Shown here: in pieces, positions 17,703-25,782 of the stretch
Layout of the letters: the number at the start of each line of letters is the position of its first letter
Numbering within the stretch: the first letter of the stretch is position 1
Source of the DNA: a virus
Length of the DNA: 49,157 nucleotides
Virus record (IMG/VR): IMGVR_UViG_3300024981_000005
Strand: one strand, 5' to 3'
The notes under the pieces: generated by a model
What the model saw: only the letters and a program-made list of their open reading frames with translations
Told to the model about the DNA's origin: nothing
The model's database searches: none
Position numbers and translations under genes: made by a program

Positions 17703-20700
17703 ATGCCGCCCTTCGCGAACGACTTCCTCCCGGAACTCTCCAAGCCGCTCGCGACGCCTCCAGCACCCCTCGCTCTGGCCAATGACTTCGCCCCGGACAT
17801 TGTGATCCCGCAGGGCGGCGAAGACCCCAACGAAGACCCAATGTTCCGTGGCGCCCGCCGCCTGATGAATGGGATCGGGCGCGGCTGGGAAAGCCTCATG
17901 CAGGGCGTGGACCTAATCAAGGCCACAACCGGGCTGGAGGACGTGGGCCAGACGGCCAAGAACATCGCATACCACGACTGGCGGCAGCGGCAGTTCCCGC
18001 TCTCGGCGCCCGAGCTTGAAGCCCAGCAGCGCGCGCAGGGCCTCGAAGGCTGGGACGCCGCGTTCAACTTTCTCACGGACACACGACTGTGGCCCAGCGC
18101 TCTCGGCGGTTCGATCCCGGCTATGGGCGCCCCCATCGTCGGCGGCGTCGCCGGTGGCGCGGCGGGGGGCCTCCCCGGCGCGCTCGGCGGCGCGTATCTG
18201 GGGTCGTTCTCGACCGACTTCGCGCTGACGGTGCTGGACGAGCTTCGCGCCCGGGGCGGGGACCCCGGTGACGCGGCGAGCGTGCAGGCCGCGCTCAGCG
18301 ATCCCGAAGTCTGGACCAGCGTTCGACAGCTCGCCATCAAGCACGCCGTCCCGGTGGGCCTGTTCGATGCTGCGTCGATGGGGTTGGCGGGCCGGGTCTT
18401 CGGGCCCGTCGCGCGCACGACCGGCAGCAAAGTCCTCGGCGCGGGCGCCGAAGCCGCCACCGGCGCCACTCTGGGCATGACCGGCGAGGCCACCGGCCAG
18501 ATCGCGCAGCGCGGCGAAATCACTGACCCGGCGGCCATCGCCGCCGAAGGCTTGCTCGAAGCACCGGGCGCTGCGTTCGAGGCAGCGGGCAACGTCATGA
18601 CCGGTGTTGTTCCGCGCGCCCAGCCCGCGCTCCCGGACGACTTCATGACCGAGCCGATGCAGGCGGCGACCACGTATCCGACGACGGGGACGGACGACAC
18701 CAATGTCCAGATCGCCAACCCGGACGACTTCGCGCTGCCCAACGATTTCCAGATCGAGATGGCGCCTACTCCGGCCTACCCGGCGGTGGCGCCGGAGCCC
18801 GAGCCTGTTATCGAACCGCCCGAGGCTGCGTCCGTGGACACGCCCCCGGTCGTGCCGAGCGCGTCGGAGCCTGTTGCACCGGTCGCCTCCACTGAGCCGG
18901 TCGAACCAGAGCCCGTTGCCGCGTCCTCGGTTGTCCCGAACGAACCCGAACCCGCACCTGAGCCCGTCGTGCCCGAGCCTGAGCCCGTTGTCGTGCCCGA
19001 GCCTGAGCCCGTTGTCGTGCCCGAGCCTGAGCCCGTTGTCGTGCCCGAGCCTGAGCCCGAGGCGCCTCCCCCGCAGGGCCAGCGCGCCGCGCCGAACAAG
19101 GCCGCGACGCTCTCGCGGTACGGGCATGCTCTCCGCACCGTCGAAACGAGCCTCACGGGCACGGCGGCGAGCAAGCGCAAGGCCAAGGATACGCTGACAG
19201 CCCTGCGAAACAAGCCGCCCCAGGAAGATGAGACGGACGCGCAGTATCGAATTGGCGACGAAATCACGCTCAAGGGCAGCTACGGGCGCCGGACGATTAT
19301 CGGTGTTGAGGACCGGCACCGGGGCGCGCCCGCGCACCAGCTCCTGCTGCACGTCATGTCCAGCGATGGCAAGACCGAATACGTCTCGCCAGAGAAGATC
19401 GCGATGCACGGCAACACCGCGCCCGAGAACCCGGCACCGCCCCTCAAGCCGTGGTGGCACGGTTCGAAAGTCGAGGGTAAGGCGAACCCCGACGGCCTCC
19501 AGCCGGGCGACACCATTACGACCAAGGACGGCGTGCGCGGCACCGTCGCGGGCGTCTGGCAGTCGAAGCACGACGTGCTCGGCAACCGTGGCGTGCGCAA
19601 GCCGGTCCACGTCGCCTTTGTGCCCGAGGGTGAGAGTGAGGGTACCTACAAGACCACGGGCATCGAGAACGTGCAGCGGAGCGAAGCGACCGCAGCACCC
19701 GCGATGGACGCGCCTGCGCGGATGCCTGCCGCTGCGCCCCGCGAAGTGACGCAGGACGATGTGAACCGCGTCGTCCGGTCGAAGGAATACAAAGCCGTCC
19801 TCGGCGCCACCACGAACGTCAACTCGGACACGAAGCACTACGCACACCCGGAGAGCCCCGTGGCCTTCGAGCGCGTGCGCGGCTGGCTGGACGGGCAGGA
19901 CGGCGTGGACCCCGAAGATCAGACCGCCGGAAGCCCGGGCGCGATCAACCCGTACATGGAGGGCTACATGGCGGGCCGCTTTGGCGACGCCCTTGTGGTC
20001 CGCAACAGCTACGCGGGCGAGCTGCGGCAGTCTGTTGTCGATGGTCGCTATGGCGCAGCCAAAGTCGAAGACGAGAAGGCCGATGCCAACCCCGCTGCCG
20101 CCGAGCCCGATGAACTGCGCGACGACCGTCGCCCCACCGGCACGCTGGCGCCCCAGACCGAGGACGTGTCCATGACGAAGGGCCGCTCGATCTACGAAGA
20201 AGCGTACCGCGCCGCCGGGCTCGACCCGGACGAGGGGGTTCTGCTTCCTCCGGCGCAAAAGCTCAACGTGCTCAAGCGGGTGCTCGTGGACACCTTCGGC
20301 TTCCGGGTCGTGGACACGGCGGGCGCAAACCTCAAGGACGCCGCCAACCAGATGCTGGACGCTTTCCGGAACGTGCGCTTCATGATGCACGCGCTGGCGC
20401 TGCCGGTGCAGGGCGTCTCGCTCAACGGCACGCTCGGGCTTCACCTGGAGAAGGCGGGCAAGCGCTACTTCGGTGTCTACCGCCCCGCGACCCACGATAT
20501 CGGACTCCCGGGCCGGTCCAACTCGTTCGCCCACGAGTGGGCGCACGCGCTCGACCACTACCTTGGCGATCAGATCGGCAGCAATGCGGAGCGCCTGCTG
20601 TCGCACATCACGCGCGACGAGGGACTGGACCCGAACGTGTCGCTGGAGAACGCCTTCATCAATCTCCTGCACACGATGTTCTTCGATGACGCGGCGCTCG

Positions 20701-23700
20701 CGGCGAAGGCGCTCCAGCTCGAAATCGAAGCTGCTGCTGTCCACCAGACCGGCCCCAAGCAGGGCCAACCCACGGTCGCGGCGCTCGACGCGCAGAAGAA
20801 ACTCGAACGCCTCAAGGCAGGCGCGACGCGCATCAACCTCCCGGACAGCGAGTTCCGTGCTCGCTCGATCCAGTATGACCCGGGTAATCCCTATTGGGCG
20901 TCCGTTCACGAGATGCTGGCGCGTGCCTTCGAAGCCTACGTCGCGTCGAAGGTGGAAGCGCTGGGCGGCACCAACGAGTTCATCACCAAGGGCGAGGCCG
21001 CCTATCTGTCGGACGCCGACCGGCGCCTCGACCTCACGTTCCCGAAGGGCATCAATCGCGACGCCATCTTCGCGGCCTTTGACGACGTGATCCACCATAT
21101 CCGGAACCAGAGCATCCTCGGCACCGGGCCGGGCGCCGCGCGCCCCGATGATGTGGACATCGTGGACCCGCAGTACTGGAACAAGGTCGTCCTCGCCAAG
21201 GGCAACCCCAAGACGTTCGACGCCGTGAGGGCCGAAGCGACGGCTGTCCGGAACGCCGCGCAGAGCGCCCTCGCAAAAGGCCTCCCGCAGACCCTCAAAG
21301 ACGGCGTGTCCCACATCGCCACCAACGCGGGCATCAACGCCAAGGTCGATCCCCGGAAGATCGCGGCCACCTTCTTCGATACCGTTCGCTTCGTGACGTT
21401 CTCGCTGCGCGGCGCGATCCGCCCGCGCATTGCCCGGAACAAGGGACGGGGCGCCGTGCTGATGCAGGAGGTTTTCGACCGCTTTGCGACGACGAGCGGC
21501 GACGGGCGCTGGCACGGCATGACCTACGAAGATGCTCGCCAGCAGGAGAGCGCCAAGGACATCAACAAGATCGAGATGGCGCTGCGTGGCAACGGCTTCG
21601 AGAAGCTGACGCTGAGCAAAGCGGACAACGACACGGCGCGCGAGCTGCTGTTCGGCAAGCGCATTCCGGGCGTGCGGCCCGAGCTGGTGAAGGTCGCCGC
21701 CGCACTGCGCCGCGTCATGGAGGACGCGCACACGGTTCTGGAGAAGGCGGGCATCTCGGTGGGCTACGTCACGGACAAGGGCTATCTGCCGCGCGTGCTG
21801 AACCCGACCAAGGTCCAGACGGACCCGAAGGGTTTCCAGCGCGACGCCGAGAAGCTCTACCGGGTCGTCTTCGACAACCTCACCCGCGACCCCAAGTTCG
21901 GTCCAGACGAAGCGCTCGGGCTGGCCCGCGAGGTCAACCAGCGGCTGGGCGACACCACGGGCGTGTCTCGCTTCGACGCGGAAGAAACCGCGCTGCGCGC
22001 CGCACTCAAGAAACTGGCCAAGGCCGCCGACACGCTCGATCAGGCGATCCGCAACAAGGCGTCTCCGGGCGCGATCCAGACTGCTCGGCAGGCGGCGGCA
22101 CAGGCCGCGTCGGCTGTGAGGGCCGCTCAGGCGGACCTTCTCAGGGTGCTTCGCGATCCGTTCGCGGAAGTCTCGGCCATCGACTGGCGGACCCGTGTCC
22201 AGATCGGGGATAGCGTCACCTACGACTCGCACGGCCCCGCCTCGACCTTCACCAAGAACCGGACGCTTCCCAGCGAGGCCGACGACATCATGGCCGAATG
22301 GTACAACACGGACGTGGTGAACCTCGCGGCGAACTATGTCCAGCAGGTCCACGCGCGGGCGGCGTATGTCCAGCGCGCAGGAAGTTCCTCGGGCACGTCT
22401 CGTATCCAAGACGTGATGAGCCGAAAAGACGTGCAGAACCGGATGAACGCCAACTCGGCGGCGCAGAAAAAATACGGCGTCGGGCTTGGCGTGAACGACA
22501 TGTCCGAGGCGCAGCGGCTCGCCATCATCAAGGACTTCGCCAACACCAAGACCGACAACGTGCTCGAAATGCTCTACAGCGAGGCCGAGCGCTCGGGAGC
22601 CGACGCTGGCGACATCAAGGCGCTGCGCGGCGCGGTCGAGACGATGACGGGGCGGGGCGACCGCGCGCCGCTGACGGACTACTACAATCGGCTGGGCGGC
22701 TTCATCTACGCATACACGTATCTGAGGCTGCTGCCGCGCGCCGCGATCACGTCGCTGACCGAGCCGGTGTCCGTGCTGCTCCGCACCGGCTCGCTCGACG
22801 CCATGTTCAAGACGTTCACGGCCTATCTCGGTGAGCTGAACCAGCAGGCGCAGTCCGTGCAGGAACGCCAGGCCATCGCTCGCGCCATTGGGCTCACCAC
22901 CAGCCCGCTTTACGACACGATCCTGATGAGCCGCATGGGCATGGATCACGGCCATCTGACCTCGGGGAACATTCTGTTGGCCAACTTCTTCAAGGCCAAC
23001 TTCCTCACCGGGATCACCAACGCCCAGCGGCGCAGCGTGATGGCTGGCGGGTTCCAGTGGATGCGCGACATGGCGCAGAGGCACGGGAACACGGACCCCG
23101 CCCACAAGAGGATGATCGAGGCGGAGTTCCGCGAGCTGGGTGTCCGGGATGCGGACATGGACAGCTTCATGGACTGGCTCAAGCAGGGCGATACCCTCCC
23201 GGACCTCGGCCAGCTCAATTCGAAGGCGGGCGCGATCTTCGAGAACGCCATCCATCGGCTCACTGGTCAGATCATTCAGGACCCGCGCCGGGCGGACAAA
23301 CCGATGCCCGCCAGCACGCCTCTTGGTCGCGTGCTCTACGCGCTGACGGCCTACCTCTATGCGTTCTTCTCGAACGTCCACGCGGCAACGCTGACGCGCG
23401 CCGTCCGCAACTACCGGATCGGGCGCGACGTGGGCCTGTCGAAGGGGGAGGCGACGGCCAACGCGGTTGCGCCCGCCGCGATGTCCTTCGTGGGCGGCTT
23501 CGCCATGCTGTTCATGGGCCAGCTCCTGGTCGGCCTCCTCCGTGAGAGCCTGTTCAACGGCGAGCAATGGGAGAAGCACCGGAAGGCTGGCGACCTTCTG
23601 GAGTGGCTGGGCTGGTTGTCGGTGTCCCGCACCGGCATCTACGGCCCGGGCGACCTCATTGCGAACTCGCTGACCGGCCTCAAGTACGAACGCGACCTCG

Positions 23701-24029
23701 CCAACCTGATGGTCGGGCCGGGTTTCTCGTCCATCTTCTCGGACCTCCAGAACCTCCTCGGGGTCGCCCCGTGGGCTGAGAACTCGCGCAACACCAACAC
23801 CGCCGAGCGCAACGCGGCGAAGGGCTTCTATCGCCTGGTCGTCGCTCCGTTGCTGTCGGGCGTGCTGACCTCGCTCGACGTGGCCGGGCCCATCGGCTCG
23901 GGTGCACGGTACTCTGCGATGATCGCGGTCACGTCCAACGCGGCGGCGAGCAAGTTCGCGGACATGCTGGCGGGCGAACAGAAGCGGCTCAAGAAGGGTG
24001 ACCCCGGCTACGTGAAGCCGAGCGAATAG
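17703..24029 (+). CDS. Giant internal virion / ejection protein (2108 aa) with Gly-zipper hydrophobic segments, a Pro-rich tandem-repeat linker and a zincin-like HExxH motif
   Basis: This is the last gene of the virion module. HEWAH lies at nt 20532-20546 (SFAHEWAHALDHY). The composition is sensible, whereas the 2048-aa antisense ORF is Arg/Gly/His-rich. Confidence 0.85.
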   Translation: MPPFANDFLPELSKPLATPPAPLALANDFAPDIVIPQGGEDPNEDPMFRGARRLMNGIGRGWESLMQGVDLIKATTGLEDVGQTAKNIAYHDWRQRQFPLSAPELEAQQRAQGLEGWDAAFNFLTDTRLWPSALGGSIPAMGAPIVGGVAGGAAGGLPGALGGAYLGSFSTDFALTVLDELRARGGDPGDAASVQAALSDPEVWTSVRQLAIKHAVPVGLFDAASMGLAGRVFGPVARTTGSKVLGAGAEAATGATLGMTGEATGQIAQRGEITDPAAIAAEGLLEAPGAAFEAAGNVMTGVVPRAQPALPDDFMTEPMQAATTYPTTGTDDTNVQIANPDDFALPNDFQIEMAPTPAYPAVAPEPEPVIEPPEAASVDTPPVVPSASEPVAPVASTEPVEPEPVAASSVVPNEPEPAPEPVVPEPEPVVVPEPEPVVVPEPEPVVVPEPEPEAPPPQGQRAAPNKAATLSRYGHALRTVETSLTGTAASKRKAKDTLTALRNKPPQEDETDAQYRIGDEITLKGSYGRRTIIGVEDRHRGAPAHQLLLHVMSSDGKTEYVSPEKIAMHGNTAPENPAPPLKPWWHGSKVEGKANPDGLQPGDTITTKDGVRGTVAGVWQSKHDVLGNRGVRKPVHVAFVPEGESEGTYKTTGIENVQRSEATAAPAMDAPARMPAAAPREVTQDDVNRVVRSKEYKAVLGATTNVNSDTKHYAHPESPVAFERVRGWLDGQDGVDPEDQTAGSPGAINPYMEGYMAGRFGDALVVRNSYAGELRQSVVDGRYGAAKVEDEKADANPAAAEPDELRDDRRPTGTLAPQTEDVSMTKGRSIYEEAYRAAGLDPDEGVLLPPAQKLNVLKRVLVDTFGFRVVDTAGANLKDAANQMLDAFRNVRFMMHALALPVQGVSLNGTLGLHLEKAGKRYFGVYRPATHDIGLPGRSNSFAHEWAHALDHYLGDQIGSNAERLLSHITRDEGLDPNVSLENAFINLLHTMFFDDAALAAKALQLEIEAAAVHQTGPKQGQPTVAALDAQKKLERLKAGATRINLPDSEFRARSIQYDPGNPYWASVHEMLARAFEAYVASKVEALGGTNEFITKGEAAYLSDADRRLDLTFPKGINRDAIFAAFDDVIHHIRNQSILGTGPGAARPDDVDIVDPQYWNKVVLAKGNPKTFDAVRAEATAVRNAAQSALAKGLPQTLKDGVSHIATNAGINAKVDPRKIAATFFDTVRFVTFSLRGAIRPRIARNKGRGAVLMQEVFDRFATTSGDGRWHGMTYEDARQQESAKDINKIEMALRGNGFEKLTLSKADNDTARELLFGKRIPGVRPELVKVAAALRRVMEDAHTVLEKAGISVGYVTDKGYLPRVLNPTKVQTDPKGFQRDAEKLYRVVFDNLTRDPKFGPDEALGLAREVNQRLGDTTGVSRFDAEETALRAALKKLAKAADTLDQAIRNKASPGAIQTARQAAAQAASAVRAAQADLLRVLRDPFAEVSAIDWRTRVQIGDSVTYDSHGPASTFTKNRTLPSEADDIMAEWYNTDVVNLAANYVQQVHARAAYVQRAGSSSGTSRIQDVMSRKDVQNRMNANSAAQKKYGVGLGVNDMSEAQRLAIIKDFANTKTDNVLEMLYSEAERSGADAGDIKALRGAVETMTGRGDRAPLTDYYNRLGGFIYAYTYLRLLPRAAITSLTEPVSVLLRTGSLDAMFKTFTAYLGELNQQAQSVQERQAIARAIGLTTSPLYDTILMSRMGMDHGHLTSGNILLANFFKANFLTGITNAQRRSVMAGGFQWMRDMAQRHGNTDPAHKRMIEAEFRELGVRDADMDSFMDWLKQGDTLPDLGQLNSKAGAIFENAIHRLTGQIIQDPRRADKPMPASTPLGRVLYALTAYLYAFFSNVHAATLTRAVRNYRIGRDVGLSKGEATANAVAPAAMSFVGGFAMLFMGQLLVGLLRESLFNGEQWEKHRKAGDLLEWLGWLSVSRTGIYGPGDLIANSLTGLKYERDLANLMVGPGFSSIFSDLQNLLGVAPWAENSRNTNTAERNAAKGFYRLVVAPLLSGVLTSLDVAGPIGSGARYSAMIAVTSNAAASKFADMLAGEQKRLKKGDPGYVKPSE
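18969..19060 (+). repeat. 3.8 tandem copies of a 24-bp unit GTGCCCGAGCCTGAGCCCGTTGTC, encoding (VPEPEPVV)n
   Basis: Read directly; the copies are identical. Confidence 0.95.
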
Positions 24030-24115
24030 CAAACTGTAGGGTGCTGCATTACGGCACAAACAACGTGCGAGCTACGCGGCCAACGTCGAAAAACTCAACT
24101 AGATCAATGGGTTAG

Positions 24116-24165
24116 TGGTGCTGCAAGAGAGGATTGAACTCTCGACCTCTCCCTTACCAAGGGAG
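24116..24165 (-). other. 3' 50 nt of a tRNA-Thr(GGU), from anticodon arm to CCA, without D-arm or 5' acceptor strand: candidate attP core
   Basis: The reverse complement reads CTCCC-TTGGTAA-GGGAG-AGGTC-GAGAG-TTCAATC-CTCTC-TTGCAGC-A-CCA. The 26 nt upstream start GCTCGCG and cannot pair with TTGCAGC. Confidence 0.75.
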
Positions 24166-24306
24166 CAGCGCGCTTCGGAAGCAACGCGAGCAACGGGGGA
24201 TTTCCAAGAGTTCCGGTGTCCACGGACACGTCACGTTGCTTCGGTGCTCGTCGTTGCTCGGCAAGTTTGCGCCGAAATGCAGCACATGTGCAGCAGTGCG
24301 GCACCG

Positions 24307-24341
24307 AACAAAAGCAAAACCCCCGGCCACAAGACCGGGGG
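24307..24341 (-). terminator. Rho-independent terminator of the leftward operon, possibly bidirectional
   Basis: On the minus strand, CCCCCGG-tcttgtgg-CCGGGGG is followed by TTTTGCTTTTGTT. Confidence 0.85.
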
Positions 24342-24388
24342 TTTCCATGCCTCAAGATCACCGGGAGGAACCCGGCCCGATCCGGCGT

Positions 24389-24748
24389 TTAGGCGCTCAG
24401 GACGGAGCCCGCGACGGACCACTTCGAGACGCCATCGGAGATGAGACGCAGCCAGTCGTACTGCGCGCCCAGCACCTTCGAGTTGGCGCCGTCGATGGTG
24501 TCGGCGCCCGCGCGGGCCACCGTGAAGTCGTTGGCCGAGGCGTCGGTCTTCTTGAACTCGATGGCGTCACCGGCGGGAACATCGGCGGCGGCGGGCAGGG
24601 TGGCCGTGAACGCGGCGCCAGCGGTGGCGGCGAAAACCAGGGTGGCGTCGTTGGTGAGGGTGATGGTGCTGTCGGCGTAAACGACGCCGACCTTGCGGCG
24701 GTCAGGATTGCGGAGAGGAAGGGCGGTGTTAGCCAAGATGGCCTCCAT
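24389..24748 (-). CDS. Hypothetical 119-aa beta-rich protein, an independently terminated moron next to the attP-like region
   Basis: ATG at 24748 (MEAILANTALPL...). The gene is flanked by terminators at 24809-24842 and 24307-24341. Confidence 0.65.
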   Translation of the reverse strand: MEAILANTALPLRNPDRRKVGVVYADSTITLTNDATLVFAATAGAAFTATLPAAADVPAGDAIEFKKTDASANDFTVARAGADTIDGANSKVLGAQYDWLRLISDGVSKWSVAGSVLSA

Positions 24749-24808
24749 GCATGGGAGTGAGAGAGGGGTTGCAACGGGTGCTTCGTAGCACAACGCGGAC
24801 ACCAAGTT

Positions 24809-24842
24809 GCGAGAAAGCCCGGGGCTGGTGCAGACCCCGGGC
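24809..24842 (-). terminator. Stem-loop terminator between the early small genes and the moron
   Basis: On the minus strand, GCCCGGGG-tctgcaccag-CCCCGGGC is followed by TTTCTCGC. Confidence 0.6.
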
Positions 24843-24873
24843 CAGTGGAGCCCCGCGAAGCGGCGCGGAGCAG

Positions 24874-25116
24874 TTAGTCGCGAGGGAAGGTGACGGGCGC
24901 CCTCGGCTTCGGGCCGGTGTCCGGCGGCTCGGCGGCGATAATCTCATGCGCCGCCTTCACGAGCTTGTCGGGGAGCGTGTCGTTCGAATAGTCCAACATC
25001 TTCCGGGTCAGTTCCTGCATCTCGCTGTAGGTCAGCGAGATGAGCCCGTTAGCGACGTGACGGAGCCCGTGCGGGCGTGCGAGGCCGGGGTTGAAGCTGC
25101 GCTCGTCGTCAGCCAT
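24874..25116 (-). CDS. Hypothetical small early protein (80 aa)
   Basis: ATG at 25116 (MADDERSF...) overlaps the upstream stop by 8 nt. Confidence 0.55.
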   Translation of the reverse strand: MADDERSFNPGLARPHGLRHVANGLISLTYSEMQELTRKMLDYSNDTLPDKLVKAAHEIIAAEPPDTGPKPRAPVTFPRD

Positions 25117-25390
25117 CGACAGCACCCTGCGCCACATCATCCCCGGGCAGGACGACCCGACCCGGCTTGAAGACGGCGCGGTTCAGCGCCATGAAGCCCT
25201 GCTCGAAGTGCGTCCGGGCCACGGCGGCCCAGCGGTGGTCGAGGTCCGGCACGATGTCCGGCAGGGACTCGATGCGGCGCAACAGCCGCTCCTCGGTATC
25301 CTTGTGGACATTGACCGCCTCGATCTTGTGGGGCGGCTGGGCGTTGTAGCCTGCGACGGGCAGGCCGTTGACCTTGTTGGGGTCGGACAT
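25109..25390 (-). CDS. Helical-hairpin protein resembling the Sf6 gp66 / N4 gp49 / Acb2 (T4 Vs.4) cyclic-oligonucleotide sponge family (candidate anti-CBASS)
   Basis: GGAGAA lies 7 nt before the ATG. The pattern GLPVAGY-x12-VNVHKDTEERLLRRIESL ... DHRWAAVARTHFEQGFMALNRAVFKPGR matches the family signature as I remember it (GY..L..eEi..iN.iK ... RW.aia.T.lq.GfMal.RAia.P). Confidence 0.6.
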   Translation of the reverse strand: MSDPNKVNGLPVAGYNAQPPHKIEAVNVHKDTEERLLRRIESLPDIVPDLDHRWAAVARTHFEQGFMALNRAVFKPGRVVLPGDDVAQGAVDG

Positions 25391-25569
25391 TGGTGTTCTC
25401 CGAAAAGACCCGCGATCCGGGTCACTGCTCCATCAGCGAAAAACGCCCCCAACAGCGGTGTATGCGGGATCAGCGCGTCCGCGCGGTTCACCTCACGCAT
25501 CCGCTCGCGCATCTCGCGCAGATGGTCAGACAGGGACGGCTTCTTCGGCGGACGCAGATCGTTGGTCAT
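25183..25569 (-). CDS. Hypothetical early protein; only the first ~60 codons look genuine, and the rest runs out of frame through the next gene
   Basis: ATGA coupling with the upstream gene at 25566-25569. The sequence beyond 25390 becomes a Ser/Thr/Arg/Pro-rich off-frame translation. Confidence 0.4.
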   Translation of the reverse strand: MTNDLRPPKKPSLSDHLREMRERMREVNRADALIPHTPLLGAFFADGAVTRIAGLFGEHQCPTPTRSTACPSQATTPSRPTRSRRSMSTRIPRSGCCAASSPCRTSCRTSTTAGPPWPGRTSSRASWR

Positions 25570-25754
25570 TCTTCAAGCGCCTCCAGCAGCTCATGGACGG
25601 TCACTTCGGGCGGCAGCTCCGCGAGGACACGGCGAGTCACAGTGAGCTGCCGGGCGACGTTGCGCTCGGGTACGTAGCGGCGGTTGGACACGTCGCCGTT
25701 GATCGTGTCCCCGAGGGCGATTTCGATAGCCTCAACAACCTCATCGCGGCTCAT
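25566..25754 (-). CDS. Hypothetical small acidic early protein (62 aa)
   Basis: Track ORF, tightly packed between the GcrA-like gene and the next ORF. Confidence 0.55.
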   Translation of the reverse strand: MSRDEVVEAIEIALGDTINGDVSNRRYVPERNVARQLTVTRRVLAELPPEVTVHELLEALEE

Positions 25755-25782
25755 TTGTCGGGGCTCCGATAGAGGGGGTTGG

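Noticed and set aside
17913-24059. 2048-aa ORF on the minus strand opposite the giant virion gene. Similar long antisense ORFs lie at 4440..7721, 10336..13119, 14494..16143 and 16091..18742.
   Set aside because: Their translations are dominated by Arg, Gly, His, Val and Asp with no recognisable motifs. This is typical of stop-free antisense frames in GC-rich DNA. The opposite strand carries recognisable terminase, portal, lysozyme and HExxH-protein sequences with coupled starts and stops.
24116-24191. An intact tRNA-Thr gene on the minus strand.
   Set aside because: Only the 3' 50 nt fold canonically. The 26 nt that should supply the 5' acceptor strand and D-arm begin GCTCGCG and cannot pair with the 3' acceptor strand TTGCAGC, and no D-stem can be drawn.
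24104-24760. ORFs 24104..24361 (-), 24115..24444 (+), 24134..24760 (+) and others across the attP-like gap.
   Set aside because: They overlap the tRNA fragment, the terminator and the opposite-strand moron gene. They have no ribosome-binding sites and have Cys/Arg-rich or Gly/Arg-rich compositions.
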